64,000 bases of DNA from Leptogorgia sarmentosa (Eukaryota). Shown here in pieces: positions 35,764 through 48,635 of the stretch (position 1 is the stretch's first letter; every line of letters starts with the position of its first letter). Below the pieces are notes generated by a model. It was not told the DNA's origin. It did no database searches and saw only the letters and a program-made list of their open reading frames with translations. The stretch is taken from contig OZ210885.1 of the NCBI GenBank assembly GCA_964658305.1, forward strand, positions 23,188,001-23,252,000, in the 5' to 3' direction. The position numbers were made by a program, and so were the translations under genes.

Positions 35764-37500
35764 TCAGACAATGTCAAATGACCAGGCTTGTTCCTCTTTC
35801 ATTATATTGTTGAACTCAGCAGCAAGATCCCCAAAACATTCATACGTTGTAGGAACCTCCAAGGTGGGTCCACAGGTATGGGCAATTGGTCGCCGCTGGA
35901 GGCCGCTTAATGTTGTGAAGGTAATTTCAATGTAGTCACATGTTATGCGGTCACTTCCTGAAATAAAATGAAGAAACCTTTCCAATGCGAAATTATCTCT
36001 TTAGATGGTCCAGTGTCAATCTCTCGATCTCGCTGGTTGTTTCAGCTTGGAGCAATTTTATAACCTTCTTGGGAGTAGGTTGCATGTTGCCATACATTTG
36101 GAGAAGACCTGCTTGGGTTTGAAACATCTCATCATATTGCAGCATCTTCAGTAATGGTGACCAGCAATACACAATGTATCGTGGTTTTTGCACGAGCTCT
36201 TGGTGCGCTAATTCAGCTACAATATCTTTAATATTCTGACACATTTCCACACTGACAAAGTCAAGGACATCTTCATCACCCAAGTCAACCTCATTCCCTA
36301 TTAACAATGACAATAACACTTTACAGTACCATATTGCATTCTGAATTATTTGCTTAACCCTTTGGGGGGGTTATTGTACTAATGCCAAAATGGCCACACC
36401 CAACTGGTAATAATCATAAAATTGTGCAATAAATCATTGACAGTACAGCAGCACTCTTATTATCATTACTGTATGTCACTTAATTTTTATATTCAAAACA
36501 CTAACAGATATTTACCTAAACAGGTATCAAGTACTCTTCGATCATCTACAGTCAGAAATGCCGTGAAGGAATCCATCAAAAACTGTCTGTCAAGACTCTC
36601 TTCTCCAAACGACATTGAAATTATCACTGGGGATAATTTCAAGGGGAAGTACATCTAGCATGACACCCTTGCCTTTACCTTTTTCTTCTTCCCCTCTGTT
36701 GTCCACAACTTTTGCATTAATTAGACAATATACAATAAAAGGGGGTCACTGAACTCATTCATTACATCTTTACAAATTGTTGCTCTTCTTACAACAATCT
36801 CTTTCACTACCCTTTCTTCAAGTGTTGGACACTGCTATTGAGCTCTGGGTAGATAAGAACACTCAAGAAACCCTAGACGAGGAAAAAAAATGTGGTACCT
36901 CAAATGTGGTTAACTTGAATAATTATTGCCGCATATTATAGCTTAAATATTATGAGCAACTAAATATAACTACAATAAATAAAATGTATTATAAATTTAA
37001 AATAATGATAATAATTATATTGGTATATGTAAATGTATCTTAATAATAATGATAATACAGTAATTATAAACACACCTTGTACAACATCAGTTTGCATAGG
37101 TGGTTGTACATTATGCTCCTGTTCAACAATACCTCCAACTAAATTATATAAAATGCCTTCAAATTGCACACATATTGCTGAGAATTGATGATTTGTCTTG
37201 CTAATGATACCTTGAGACAGAGAATCGTCAAAAGCATCATCTGCTTGAATTTCAGGTCTCTGGGCACCCTGAATTATACGGTATCTTGGTGTACCCTGCA
37301 CCTCATCAGATACTGTAAAAATAATCATATCATATATACACTCAGATTTAATTGATCATCATGTTATTATACATTGTAGCTACTGTATAATTAATTGGAT
37401 TTTTATTTTAGTTCTGTGTACCTTCCACCACTTCGGGGTGCATAATTGCTAGAGCAGTGTTATTTCCCTCTTCACTAATATCTGCATCTAAAATGCCTAA
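35764..37500 (-). pseudogene. HECT-domain E3 ubiquitin ligase (G2E3-like) remnant, multi-exon
   Basis: FLHFISGSD...RRPIAHTCGPTLEVPTTY..F..EF.....WSFDIV* (catalytic HTC), ELAHQELVQKPRY, YFPLKLSPV. Confidence 0.85.
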
Positions 37501-37639
37501 CAATGAAAACAGAGCTAGAACAAAGAAATTGCAATATTGTACATTAGTGTTTACTGTTTTGTGCTCTATTTTGCCTCAGACATATATAAATTCTTACCTG
37601 ATGAAGGCTATAAATCATTATCCTCCGCCATCGTGCTCG

Positions 37640-39307
37640 TGACTCCCAAATGCATTACCTGTTCATGGACGTGTCAAATAAGCTTTCTGACAATGATCCC
37701 GTCTTCGAGGTACACAGGTTTGTAGTTCGGTATTCTTCCATGACATCTAAGAATTTCTGTTGTTGGATCTTTAACCAACGACCACCCAAGGCGTTGGATA
37801 TCTCTTCCAAGGTGTTGGATATCTCTTCAGTAGTTAGAGGACATCGCCTTTTCTTCGTTCGCCATAGGTTGTACACAAACCTAACGATCCACGCCGTCAT
37901 GCGAACTGTGCTCCAATACATCTTTCGCAGTAGACCTCCTCTTGCTGTGCCTCCGATGATTTGAGGTTTGGTTGTTCTGGCCAATACTTCTCTTCCAACA
38001 GCCATTCAAGCCCTTCGTACCATTTGCCCTTTTCCATCTTGTTGAGGGATGCCCCCGTACTACCAAGGTCGGCACGATTACTCGCAGTTGGGGAGTATTT
38101 CCATTGGATTCCCACTTCGTTTGTGATTTCTGCTATCTTCTTTACTCTATTTGAAACAAAGGTCTTCCACCGTTTCCCCGGATTGATAATCCAATAGATG
38201 ACACAAGGCTGTCCATCCATATCACCACCCGACGGGAATGGTGATCTCTTCAACGCTTGTGTGAGGTTTCTTGCTAGGTTCGCTGCCATATGGCTGCTGA
38301 CCAATTCCAGCCTTGGAATCGACGTATTACGTTTCGATAAGCAAGACTTTGAAATCAAGAGTCCCTTCGACTTTGTAGATTGTTGTTTGACCACCGCAAA
38401 TGCTACTGAGCAACATGCCATCGTACTTGCGTCCGTGAATAAGTGGAGATCCACAGCTTTGGTTGTTCCCACGGGCACCAAACTTCTTGGAATTTCTATG
38501 TCACGCAATTGTTTTGTCCAATTGTCCCACTGTCTTGTGAGAGCGGGTGAAACTTCTGTATTCCAGCTCTTGCCTTCCTCGCATGAGTCCTGATAAACTC
38601 ACTTCCCTTCGACCATCATGGGTGAAATGATTCCTAACAGATCGTAGATCCTTCCCAATCTACTGAGTATAGATTTCTTGGTAGGCTTTTCATCGTCATC
38701 TTGCTGTACCTTGATCTTAAGCGTGTCCGTAGTTTTGTTCCAAACATGTCCTAATATCTTCCCTGGGTTGGGCATGTCCGCACTTACAAGGCTTGATACA
38801 TTTCTTCAATTCTTGAACGTCCTCCCCGATCATCATCAGGTTGTCTACGTAGGTGTTCTCTCGAAGTATGCTCACTGTGTCCCTCACTGCATCTGGCTGT
38901 TGGTCGTAATGATAGTCCAGTGTTGTCCCCAACATAAAGGGGCTTGCCTCCGCGCCAAATGGCACGCGTGCAAATCGAAACAGTTCTTCCTTTCCATTAA
39001 TGTCGAAAATAAACCAAGAAGCGTCTCGATCTCCTTCACTGAGAGGGATTTGGAGGAATGCCTTCTCGACGTCTCCTAGCAACAAGTATGGCGACATTCG
39101 CGCTCGTACGAGTATATCCCAAAGCAGGGGTTGCAGGGGTGGAACTGGATACATGCATTCATTTATGCTGTTTGATGTGGGTTGGGGCTTGGCACTGGCA
39201 TCAAAGACCATTCAAGCCCATCAATAAAATTAACAGTTCTATGGCAATGAAACGATTTAATTCAACTTAAAGTTAAAATATAAAATAGCGAACTCATACT
39301 CGCCACA
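37640..39307 (-). mobile_element. BEL/Pao remnant (RT-RNase H) with probable LTR start at 39307
   Basis: VFDASAK, GDVEKAFLQI, FARVPFGAEASPF, TYVDNL, LHLFTDAS, SIPRLEL, FVSNRV. Confidence 0.88.
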
Positions 39308-41401
39308 CTTTATTACGCTACCAGTGTGACACTTTGGATATTAGGGATATAAAACACAGATAAGTATAGACTTTAATTAAGTAAGCACTAGTCTGGGAAG
39401 CAAGATTGTAACACTGTATAGATCAATAAAGCTATAGAATAGTACATTGGCAACGGGGATGAGTGTTGAAGAAGATTCGACTACAAATATAAATGTTCAA
39501 TCAGTGAACATTCCACCGACACCCGAGTCTAATCCAGACTCTGAAGTTGGCGCGAGTCTTGCTACACGCTGGATTACATGGATGGAAGACTTTCAAATTT
39601 TTTAACAGCGAGTGGAATCGAAGACGAAACGCAGAAACGTGCCTTGTTGCTGTATCAAGCCGGTTCCCAAGTGCGGGAGATTTTTCGCCAGCTCAACCAA
39701 TACGGGACATGCGGAGGATTACCAGACCGCTAAGGACAAATTAAGAGAACATTTCGAGCCTCTGAAAAACCGACGATACAAAGTGTTCAAATTCCGCCAA
39801 GCCAAACAAGAGTGAAATGAAACCCCGGACCAGTTTCATACGCGGTTACGAGTGCTAGCACAAACATATTCTTTGAACGACGCAGACTTTGAAATCGAAC
39901 AGTAGATAATTATCAATGGAATCTCTTCGCGCATTCGTAAGAAAGCATTACGTGAGCCTGACTTTGATTTAAAGCAAAAGACGAAAAATCGGACAATATA
40001 CAACAATTTCGAGCGAAAACATGCCATTATTGCGGGGGAACATATCCACACAAAGGCCAGTGCCCAGCAAAAGGGAAAGAATGTCGAAAATGCGGCAAAT
40101 CGAATCATTTCGCGAAAGTTTGTCGTGGCAAGGAACAACTGGCATCGAAATCCCTATACACGAAACACCAGCACAACCAAAGGCAGGGCAAAAAGCCTAT
40201 CCATCCAATAAACCAAGTTGAGAGTGATTCTGACAGTACAGAGGACTATTTATACACTGTCCAAACACCTAAAAAGTCACCTACGGTTCGGGTAACAGTT
40301 AACAAGCATTGCTTTGATGCGACACTTGATACAGGCGCATGAAAAAATGGACGAAGTCCATTTAAAGCATTTGCCTATAATGTGCAAACAACTGTTAAAT
40401 TCGTAGGGAAATTTGAAGCCCTCATAGAGACACGAAAGTGCGTTACTGTAGCAACCTTTTACCTAGTTAAAACACTAGACAGTGGTAATTTCATCTCGTC
40501 TGCCACAGCGCAAGACCTGGGTTTAATTAGTTTGCACATCAATAAACTGTCAACAAGTAATGACAAGAAATTGGATAAAATTTTATCCAAGCACGCAACC
40601 GTTTTCAAGGGACTACGAAAACCGAAAGATGTTAAAGTACAGTTAAACATTGACCAAGACCAAACACCGAAAATTCAGCCGAACAGACGAATCCCGTTTC
40701 ACATTTGTAATAATGTTAAAAAAGTGTTAGAAGAATTAGAACACGAAGATGTTATCGAGTGAGTGCCAGATAAACAACCAACCCCTTGGGTTTCTCCTAT
40801 TGTGGCAGTGCCCAAAAAGGACGGTGGAGTGCACATATGCGTCGATATGCGTCAAGCTAATGCCGCAATTAAACACGTAAGACATCCAATACCAACGGTC
40901 GAAGACATTAGTTTAGAATTAAACGGCACAAGATACTTTTCAAAGTTGGACAAAGCACAAGTGTATCATCAAGTAGAGCTGCATGAAGATAGCAGATTCA
41001 TTACAAGATTTAGCACACACGTTGGTTTATTCAGATATAAACGCTTGAATTATGGCACCAAAACGGCTGCGGAGATTTTTCAGTATACCCTGCAACAGCA
41101 ATTACAAGGACTCTCAGGGGTCAGAAACATTGCTGACGACATTATAGCACATCCTTAGATTTCTTCGGACAGGTGTTCTCGGAAGCAGGTATTCAACCTG
41201 ATCCTAAACGAGTGACAGACTTACTCAATGCACCTAGACCACAGAATGTACACGAAGTTAGAAGCCTACGCGGTATGGCAAATTACAGCAGCAAACACAT
41301 TGAAAACTTTGCTACTATAACCACCCCATTACGTGAACTAAGAAAAACGCGAAGTTTGAATGGAGTGCAACTCATCAAAAAGCGTTCGATCAATTGACTA
41401 A

Positions 41402-41799
41402 GGGCCTCCACAGACTAGACAGTCAGTTGTCGACAACATATAGTTGTCGACTACTTTTTGTGGCATTTTTATGCATTCACACACCATTTAGTTTGTTAGT
41501 GATAAATAAGGAAAATCAACGAGAGCTTGGTAACTTGTTGTTTCCCCGCATGCTCATGCTGCTGAACAGAGACAACGAAGATACCGATAGTTGTCGACAA
41601 CTAAGTGTTCACCTGGACAGACGGTGAGAACCTATCAGACGTGACGTTGTTGACAACTGAGCAGTTTCCCTTTTTCGCTAATCGTCGTCAATTGTCGTCA
41701 ATTAGTTGTCGACAACTAAAAATTTTTGCATTTAGTTGTCGACAACTGTTGCCACAGACGATGTTTTTTGGTTGTCAACAACATATAATTGTCGACAAC
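41402..41799. mobile_element. Harbinger-like MITE remnant with repeated AGTTGTCGACAACT palindromes
   Basis: TAA|GGGCCTCCACAGACTAGAC left end; about 8 palindrome copies; interrupts Gypsy pol between KAFDQLT and LTFAQCM. Confidence 0.7.
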
Positions 41800-43595
41800 T
41801 AATTGACGTTTGCCCAGTGCATGGCATAATTTGACATGCACAAAGATACATTTGTAACTGTTGATGCTAGCCCAGTAGGACTGTCTGAGATATTATCTCA
41901 AAGGACACCTGGGCTAGATGATGATAAAATCATCTTGTATGCAAGTAGAGCTTTATATAGAGCTATATTCGCAAACTGAAAAGGAGGCGCTGGCTATCGT
42001 ATGGGCCATTGAATATTTTCACCTGTACTTATACGGGAACGAATTCACCCTTGTCACTGACCTTTATAAACCACTCGAAGTCATTTATGGTAGTAAATCA
42101 GCTAAAGTATCAGCTCGTATAGAACGTTGAATCTTACGTTTGCAACCATACACATTTAACGTTGTGTATAAGCCCGGGCAACCGATCCTGCAAATTATCT
42201 CTCACGGCACCCAATCCAGTCAAATAATAAACAGCAGCTCCTCACAGAAGAATATGTGAACTTTATCGCTTCAAATAGCATACCTAAAGCAATGACTATT
42301 GACGAAATCATTGCTGCTACAAACTTGGACAGATCATTACAAGGACTTCGAGCTGCAATCAAGCTTAATCGATGGGACTATGACATTGTGAAACTGTACA
42401 AACCAATCAGAGATGAACTGACAGTTATGTCACAAGGATTAATTCTTCGTGGAACTCGTATTGTGATGCCACGGTCTCTGTAGCAGCGAGCCATCGACAT
42501 CGCTCATGAGACGCATTTAGGGCTGTAGAAAACTAAAGCGTTGCTGAGAGAAAAGATATGGTTCCCAAACATCGATCAACAAGTGAAGAAAACGTTAGAT
42601 GGATGTATACCCTGCCAAGCTGTGAGTAAACCACCATCACCGGAACCTTTGGGTACAACGAAGGACCATGGGAAGTGGTACATACTGACTTCTATGGACC
42701 ATTACCAACAGGAGAATATTTGCTCGTAGTAATCAACAGATATTCCCGATTTCCAGAAGTTGAAATTGTAAGATCAACAAAAGCCTCTACTGTGATTCCA
42801 AAGTTGGATAAAATATTTGCAACGCATGGCCTTCCAACAGTAATTAAATCGGACAATGGTCCACTGTATAATAGCCAAGAGTATAGAAGATATTTAGAAG
42901 CCCTCTGCACTAGACCTGAATTTTGCACACCACACTGGCTGCAAGGAAATGCAGAAGCCGAGCGGTTTATGCAACCTCTGGGAAAGGCACTGAAAACTAC
43001 ACAAATCCAAAGACGCCTGTGGCAGCAAGAGCTTAACCGATTCTTGTTACAGTACCGAACTGCCCCACATTCAACAATTGGTGTCCCACCTTCAGAGTTA
43101 CTATTCAATCGTACCGTTAAAGGGAAATTACCTATTTTGAACAAACATAATGTAGTGAACAAACAAACAAGCACGTGAAAATGACACATTAAAACAACAA
43201 TAAAACAAACAATATGCTGACACAACGCAAAACACAGGGATATTAAGGTTGGTGACAGTGTATTAGTACGACAAAAATGAAATAAACTTTCAGCAAACTT
43301 CAACAGTAAACCTTATACTGTAATTATAAAAAACAACTCCAGAATTACAGTACGCGACAGCAACGGGCATACCATTACTAGAAATGTATCACATTTCAAA
43401 TGCATACCAAGCCAATAGAACATTGAAACTGACACAGATGACGACAACAAAAACAACAACAACAAAGACCTTGACAAAAGAAAGAACCAACAGTGAAGAA
43501 GTTCGTAGATCGAGTCGTGAAAGAAGAATGCCAGAACGTTATCGATATGCAATCACCTGGACTTTGCATGCTTGAACTTCAAAAGGAGGAAGTGA

Positions 43596-43767
43596 TGTAG
43601 TAATTAGACATTTAGTAAAATGACACTGTACAACGCCATATAAGGAATATAGACACTTTGGATATTAGGGATATTAAACACAGATAAGATATAGACTTTA
43701 ATTAAGCACCAGTCTGGGAAGCAAGATTGTTACACTGTATAGATCAATAAAGCTCTAGAATAGTACA
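43596..43767 (+). repeat. 3' LTR of the Gypsy element
   Basis: TGTAG...GTACA, contains AATAAA, direct repeat of 39328-39446. Confidence 0.92.
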
Positions 43768-45322
43768 GCGGCAATGTCAGAATGTAACATTCCTACAACG
43801 TAGATAACGAACGTTAATTGGCAACGTTCAACCAACGTTATATACTACCTATTCTTGTTCGAAGTAATACAACCTATTCTTGTTCAAAGTAAGAAAACAA
43901 TGTGGTGGGGACGTTGTATTAATGTTAAGTCAGGATGTAACTTATATACAGCCTTTAGACAACGTTGGGATAACTTTGTGTGCTAGCTGGGTTATTCATC
44001 AATCTGACGAAAAAAATTTAAGAGGTGCAACTTAACTTTTTTTTAATACAGTACTATACTAATAATCCAGTATAAGGTCAGGTAATTTCAAAATCATACT
44101 TTCTATTCCTTTCTTTGTTAAAGGAGAACAGTTAGTCATTGGAGCTCCTCTCAATGCTGGTATAAAAATTATATACAGGTCTATCTGTTTCTAACCTGAA
44201 GTTCAGGTTAATCTGTTTCCGAACTTGTTTTCCCCCCTCAAAGTTCAGAAATCATTCTGACTTTTAGATAAATATGACAGTAAATCTCCAGATAAATTTA
44301 AAGTTTTTAGCTCAGAAAAATATTTTAAGGGCTGCGTCTATAAACGGTTCAGCAATACAAATACAAATACAGTAGACTACTGTAATTCATAAACACATGC
44401 GCACCTGCTCATAATGTTCTTTGTGTTATCTCGAACAGATGATCCGCCAAATTTGGAAAGTCTCTATGTCTACAATTAAAGCAACAATCACTGATATTAG
44501 TTTTTATGCCGAACACCAAACATACTGTAATTGACCCACATACAAATATTAAAAAAAGCAACTAACCATAAGCTTTCTTGTTTCTTCATTGCAAGTGTCC
44601 TTTTCAATATCTTGTTCCGTCCGTTCGTTGTTGGAAACCCGTGCAAGTATTGGCGAGGAAGACCGGCTTGGTGGCGTTGGAGGGCTGGGAGTCTTATTCG
44701 TCGGAATCTTCTAGGTTGTGGTGACATACAGTACTTCACGACTTACACCTGTTGCAGGGTGCTTTTTTCTTCCCAGAGTTTGCAAGCAATTTAGGGGGAG
44801 ATGGCAGTCTAGGTTTTTGTGGTTTAGATGTGGACCCTTAGCATTCTTGTTTGGTGGTTTTTGAGTTGATTGGAAAACTAGAATAATAAATTAAATAATT
44901 TTTATTGTGTTTAAAACAACATTGCTATCCCAAGTTATTTCCATTGCTCCATTGCTCCAGCTTAATCATAACTTACTCACACGAGAACACACACTCTTTT
45001 GATTGTGTTGCCTATCTTCCGTTTCTCCTTGGCTGGTTTCAGGTTCTGATGTTCTCAAATCAAATGCATCACACGTCTGTTTGTCATCTAATAGTAATTT
45101 AAGAAAATCTAATATATATAGAGCTTATTTCATTATTCCAAGACCCTTTTCCTCAACTAAATTTGTCTGCTGGGTACATCGCCCCTTATTATTAAAGACA
45201 TAAAATAAAACTTGGTTGGTAAGCAATAGTATGATAATATATCCTGGGTAACACGGCTGAAAAATGGTCAGCTGGATTGAAAATCGTGGATGACCAAAAA
45301 TAATTAAGGAATCACAATTATA

Positions 45323-45915
45323 CAGGGTGTATAAAAAAAAGTTTACTGTGGGAAATGTTCCCTAAACTAACGATTGCACGAAATTTGTGAAAACTTTCAG
45401 TTAAACTAGGTAGATTACCACCCTCTGGTACATCTAGCAATGAGTTTATTTAAAAATCGATTTTTTAGAGTAGGAAATTTGTTGTTGGAAGGCACTTCAA
45501 AAATGACTTGCGCACAAAAAACTAAGCTCTTTTAACAGTATTTGATTTAATTGAGTCAAAATATGGAGCATGTTGTACAAGTTATTAAAGTTTTGTGAAA
45601 TTTAGTGCCCGCAGAGTCAACAGAGACATGTCCGAAAACTGGATTTTGCATTGTTTCCTGCATGATTACCGATTAATTTATGCCTAATTGGATATTTGCA
45701 TTAATTACCAATGCAAAAGTTGCGGAAAATCCAGTTTTCGGACAGTGCATGTTCGTCTAGGCGTGCACCAAATTTATCAAAAGCTGAATAGCTTGTATAT
45801 CATACTCCATATTTTCATCCGATTAAATCAAATTTTGTGAAGACTTTTTTTTGTGTGGAAGCCGTTTTTTAACGGGCCTTTCAGTAACCACATTCCTCTT
45901 CTAAAAAAAAGTTTG
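45323..45915. mobile_element. Tc1/mariner-type foldback MITE, right end lost; a short left-end copy lies at 31831-31895
   Basis: TA|CAGGGTGTATAAAAAAAAGTTTACTG; internal inverted arms, e.g. tccgaaaactggatttt / aaaatccagttttcgga. Confidence 0.75.
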
Positions 45916-46199
45916 TGTAATCGCGTAAATGTTTGGGTTTTTACTCACTTTATTATATTTCAAACAACTCCCTTTTACAACATGTACATGGCCTTATATA
46001 GAGGACACACACGCCATTTACATAATATAACAATACATTTACATACATACATACATATCTTTCGTGTGTCTACACTCCCTGCAAATGAGGAGTTCTCAAG
46101 AGACTCATCTCTATATCAACATATAAAGACACAACACAATATACTCATTCATGATTATAGGTATATATGGTTTAGTGCCACATGTTTAAACATAATTAA

Positions 46200-46985
46200 C
46201 ATTTCATTATGGCACTGTTCCAAGACACTAATGTTCACAATTGGTCGGATTAAGACAGTATCCTTTGTTTTAATCTCTATAGTTCTTATACGATTGTCTT
46301 GTCCAGGAAAAACTCTTCTTACTATCGCAATAGGCCACAATCCTCTTGGTATCTTCTTTTCATGTACCAGGACCAAATCTCCATCGCGTTGAGGTTTTAA
46401 CCATTTCTGACGTAAATGCGAAGTAGTCAGGTATTCTTGTACCCATCTAGTCCAGAAGTGGTTTGAAAAGATTTGAGCTTGCTTCCACTTTCTTCTACTA
46501 ATTGAGTCTTCGTTAAAATCTCCAATGGGAACAACAACTGCTGGTCTCTGCAGCAAAAAATGAGCAGGCGTAGTGGCGGTAGCATCTGCTGCATCCTCGC
46601 TTGATCCCCATCTTTTTGGCGTAGCTCGACCTTCTCTTATTAACAAAGGTCCGAACATGTCAATTCCCACGTAAGTAAATGGTAGTTCATACACCATAAC
46701 CCAACATGGTGGTAAAGGTGCCATTTGTTGTTGGAGCTTTGGAGCGTGTCCCTTTCTACAGATAAAACATTTGTTGATAATCTTCCAAACCAGGGAACGA
46801 GTGTTACAGATCCAAACTCTTTGGCGTAATATATTTAAGTTTTGGTGGTATGGATATCTTTCGCAATGGTGCAGTGCGAGTTTTACCAAATACAAGTGAA
46901 CATGTTACTCTTCCATCGATGAACTCATTCTTCCACCGTCTCCAGTCTCCTAATTCGGCTTCAGCAAGTTGCTCGTCCCATAGTC
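46200..46985 (-). mobile_element. BEL/Pao integrase remnant with internal deletions
   Basis: CFICRK..QQMAPLP..PFTYVGIDMFGP, TPAHFL, FWTRWVQEYL, PRGLWPIA..PGQDNRIR. Confidence 0.88.
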
Positions 46986-48159
46986 ATCGTCATAGCTCGT
47001 CCCATAGTCGTCGTCATAGCTCGTCCTATAGTCTCACAACCGGTTTGTCTATATTTCTTTCTTCTGTGTAACATCTCGGTCTGTCGCTTTTGTTCGTCAG
47101 CTTTTTCGAGATATTGTTTGTACTATGCTTCATCTGCTAATGGCTCGTCAGCATAAAGATAGTCTTCGTAATCAACTTTACTTGTCCCACTTGCAAAATT
47201 GGTTTTGTTCGATGTATCGTTTCCTTCAACTTCAAATATATACCCAGGAATATAGTCATATTCCCCAGGAATATAGTCATATTCAGAGTCACATTGTGAG
47301 GTACATACACTGTCAGAATCCGAAATACTGTCCGACATATTAAAAACACGTTTATTTACATAACACTCGTCGACATCGGCACGACTGCTTATTACTTAAG
47401 CTACATCACACTCGCTCGACCTAGTCCCCTACCTATGCGCAACTTTTATTGAATGCAAAGCTATTTGAATGGCAATAAGTCGCGAATAGAAAGAGATAAG
47501 TGAAAATCGTAAAGGTCTTTCGTGATCTATTAAAAGATCAAAAGAAAAAATTGTGATACAGGCACTTTAATCAGTTCTAACCAGTTCAGTTTAATGCTGA
47601 CTATGCAAATCTATTTTTAGTAACACACAATACTAATCTATAGTAAAAAAATTAGGTTCCTGCTCCCCCACGGGGGGGGGGGGGGAATAAGCGTCCACTG
47701 CTGGTATAAATGGGGGTAAGAAAGGAAAAACCAGATCACAACCGACGGGGAAATAAAAATGATCAAAGCTACCATTTGTCAAGTCAAAGAAGAAACATTT
47801 GTACAACGGAAGAGCTGGTTAACATGCAGCAATGAGAACATTTTCTAAAGCTGACTTGTTCTAAAAACTGAATCGTCCAGTAATGATACTCAAACTGCTG
47901 ATCCATCAGCATGCTATACAACGTTTACACCAACAATAAGAGAAGGTGCACCACTAACAGCAAAACCATGGGCTACACTCTGTGTCTCTGCTTGAAATTA
48001 AGTCATTAGAGCCATTTTTACTCAGAGGAACACAGATTTTACTTAGTAGTGCTAGTGGAAAAAAGCATTCTCTGAACTGGTTGGCTATATGATGAAGTAC
48101 TGAATTCATTCTTTTGGTGCCTGACCAAACAATATTGAAATGTTCTTTACAAACCTTCC

Positions 48160-48480
48160 ATGTCAATGCTTTCCTTGCAAAATGGTTGTCAAACGGGAAG
48201 ACGTTTGTCAGATATAAATCATGAAAAGAAAACTATTTATTGCCCCTTGAAATCCAACTGGTTATCCAATTTTTTTGGAGAAGATCTTCAAGAGAAAAAG
48301 ATGTTTTATGTGGATCTTTTGAATTCAGCTGCTGAAATTCACAACAGTGCACATATGCAGACCCTAGCAACGTTTTTACCTTCACTTCTTCAAAGGAAAT
48401 TTAGTGTGTCTGGGTTTGAAATCACCATAAAACCACACACCGTGCAATTTGATTCCTCCAGTTGTGGGGTTCTGTCACCA
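48160..48480 (+). pseudogene. Possible Ulp1/SENP-like cysteine protease fragment
   Basis: IYCPL..NW...FYVDLLN...QFDSSSCGV resembles C48 protease motifs; the catalytic His is not seen. Confidence 0.5.
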
Positions 48481-48635
48481 TATTCATCTCCTATGTGCCA
48501 GCCACACAAAAAAACAAGAGCCTGGTGAATAGGTGCTCTACCGTATCTGAAAAAGCAATCCCCTCACTAAAGTCCTAGAGGGAGGAAATTTTCAATAATT
48601 TAGCCCCAATTCTCAACCGTCCAGCAATTTGTGAT

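Larger units (their letters stand above)
39328..43767 (+). mobile_element. Gypsy LTR retrotransposon, near full length, degenerate
   Basis: Partial 5' LTR 39328-39446 and 3' LTR 43596-43767 (TG...CA). PBS-like TGGCAACGGGGATG; PPT AAAAGGAGGAAG. Protease LDTGA, RT PWVSPIV..CVDMR..IADDII, RNase H DAS..YSQTEKEALA, integrase HTDFYGP..SDNGP. Confidence 0.93.
31364..43991. mobile_element. CMC/EnSpm-like element ends enclosing nested insertions
   Basis: CCCAGCTAACA (31364) and TGCTAGCTGGG (43991), flanked by TT on both sides. Arrays of (C)AACGTT motifs at 31375-31630 and 43790-43970. Confidence 0.6.

Noticed and set aside
39448..39461. tRNA fragment
   Set aside because: It is the primer-binding site of the Gypsy element, not an RNA gene.
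41420..41800. CRISPR-like palindromic repeats
   Set aside because: Repeats are only 14 bp with very irregular spacing, there are no cas genes, the context is eukaryotic, and a MITE end explains them.
45853..46392. 179-aa plus-strand ORF and similar short ORF-track entries
   Set aside because: Antisense to or spanning TE fragments, with no recognisable motifs; treated as spurious.
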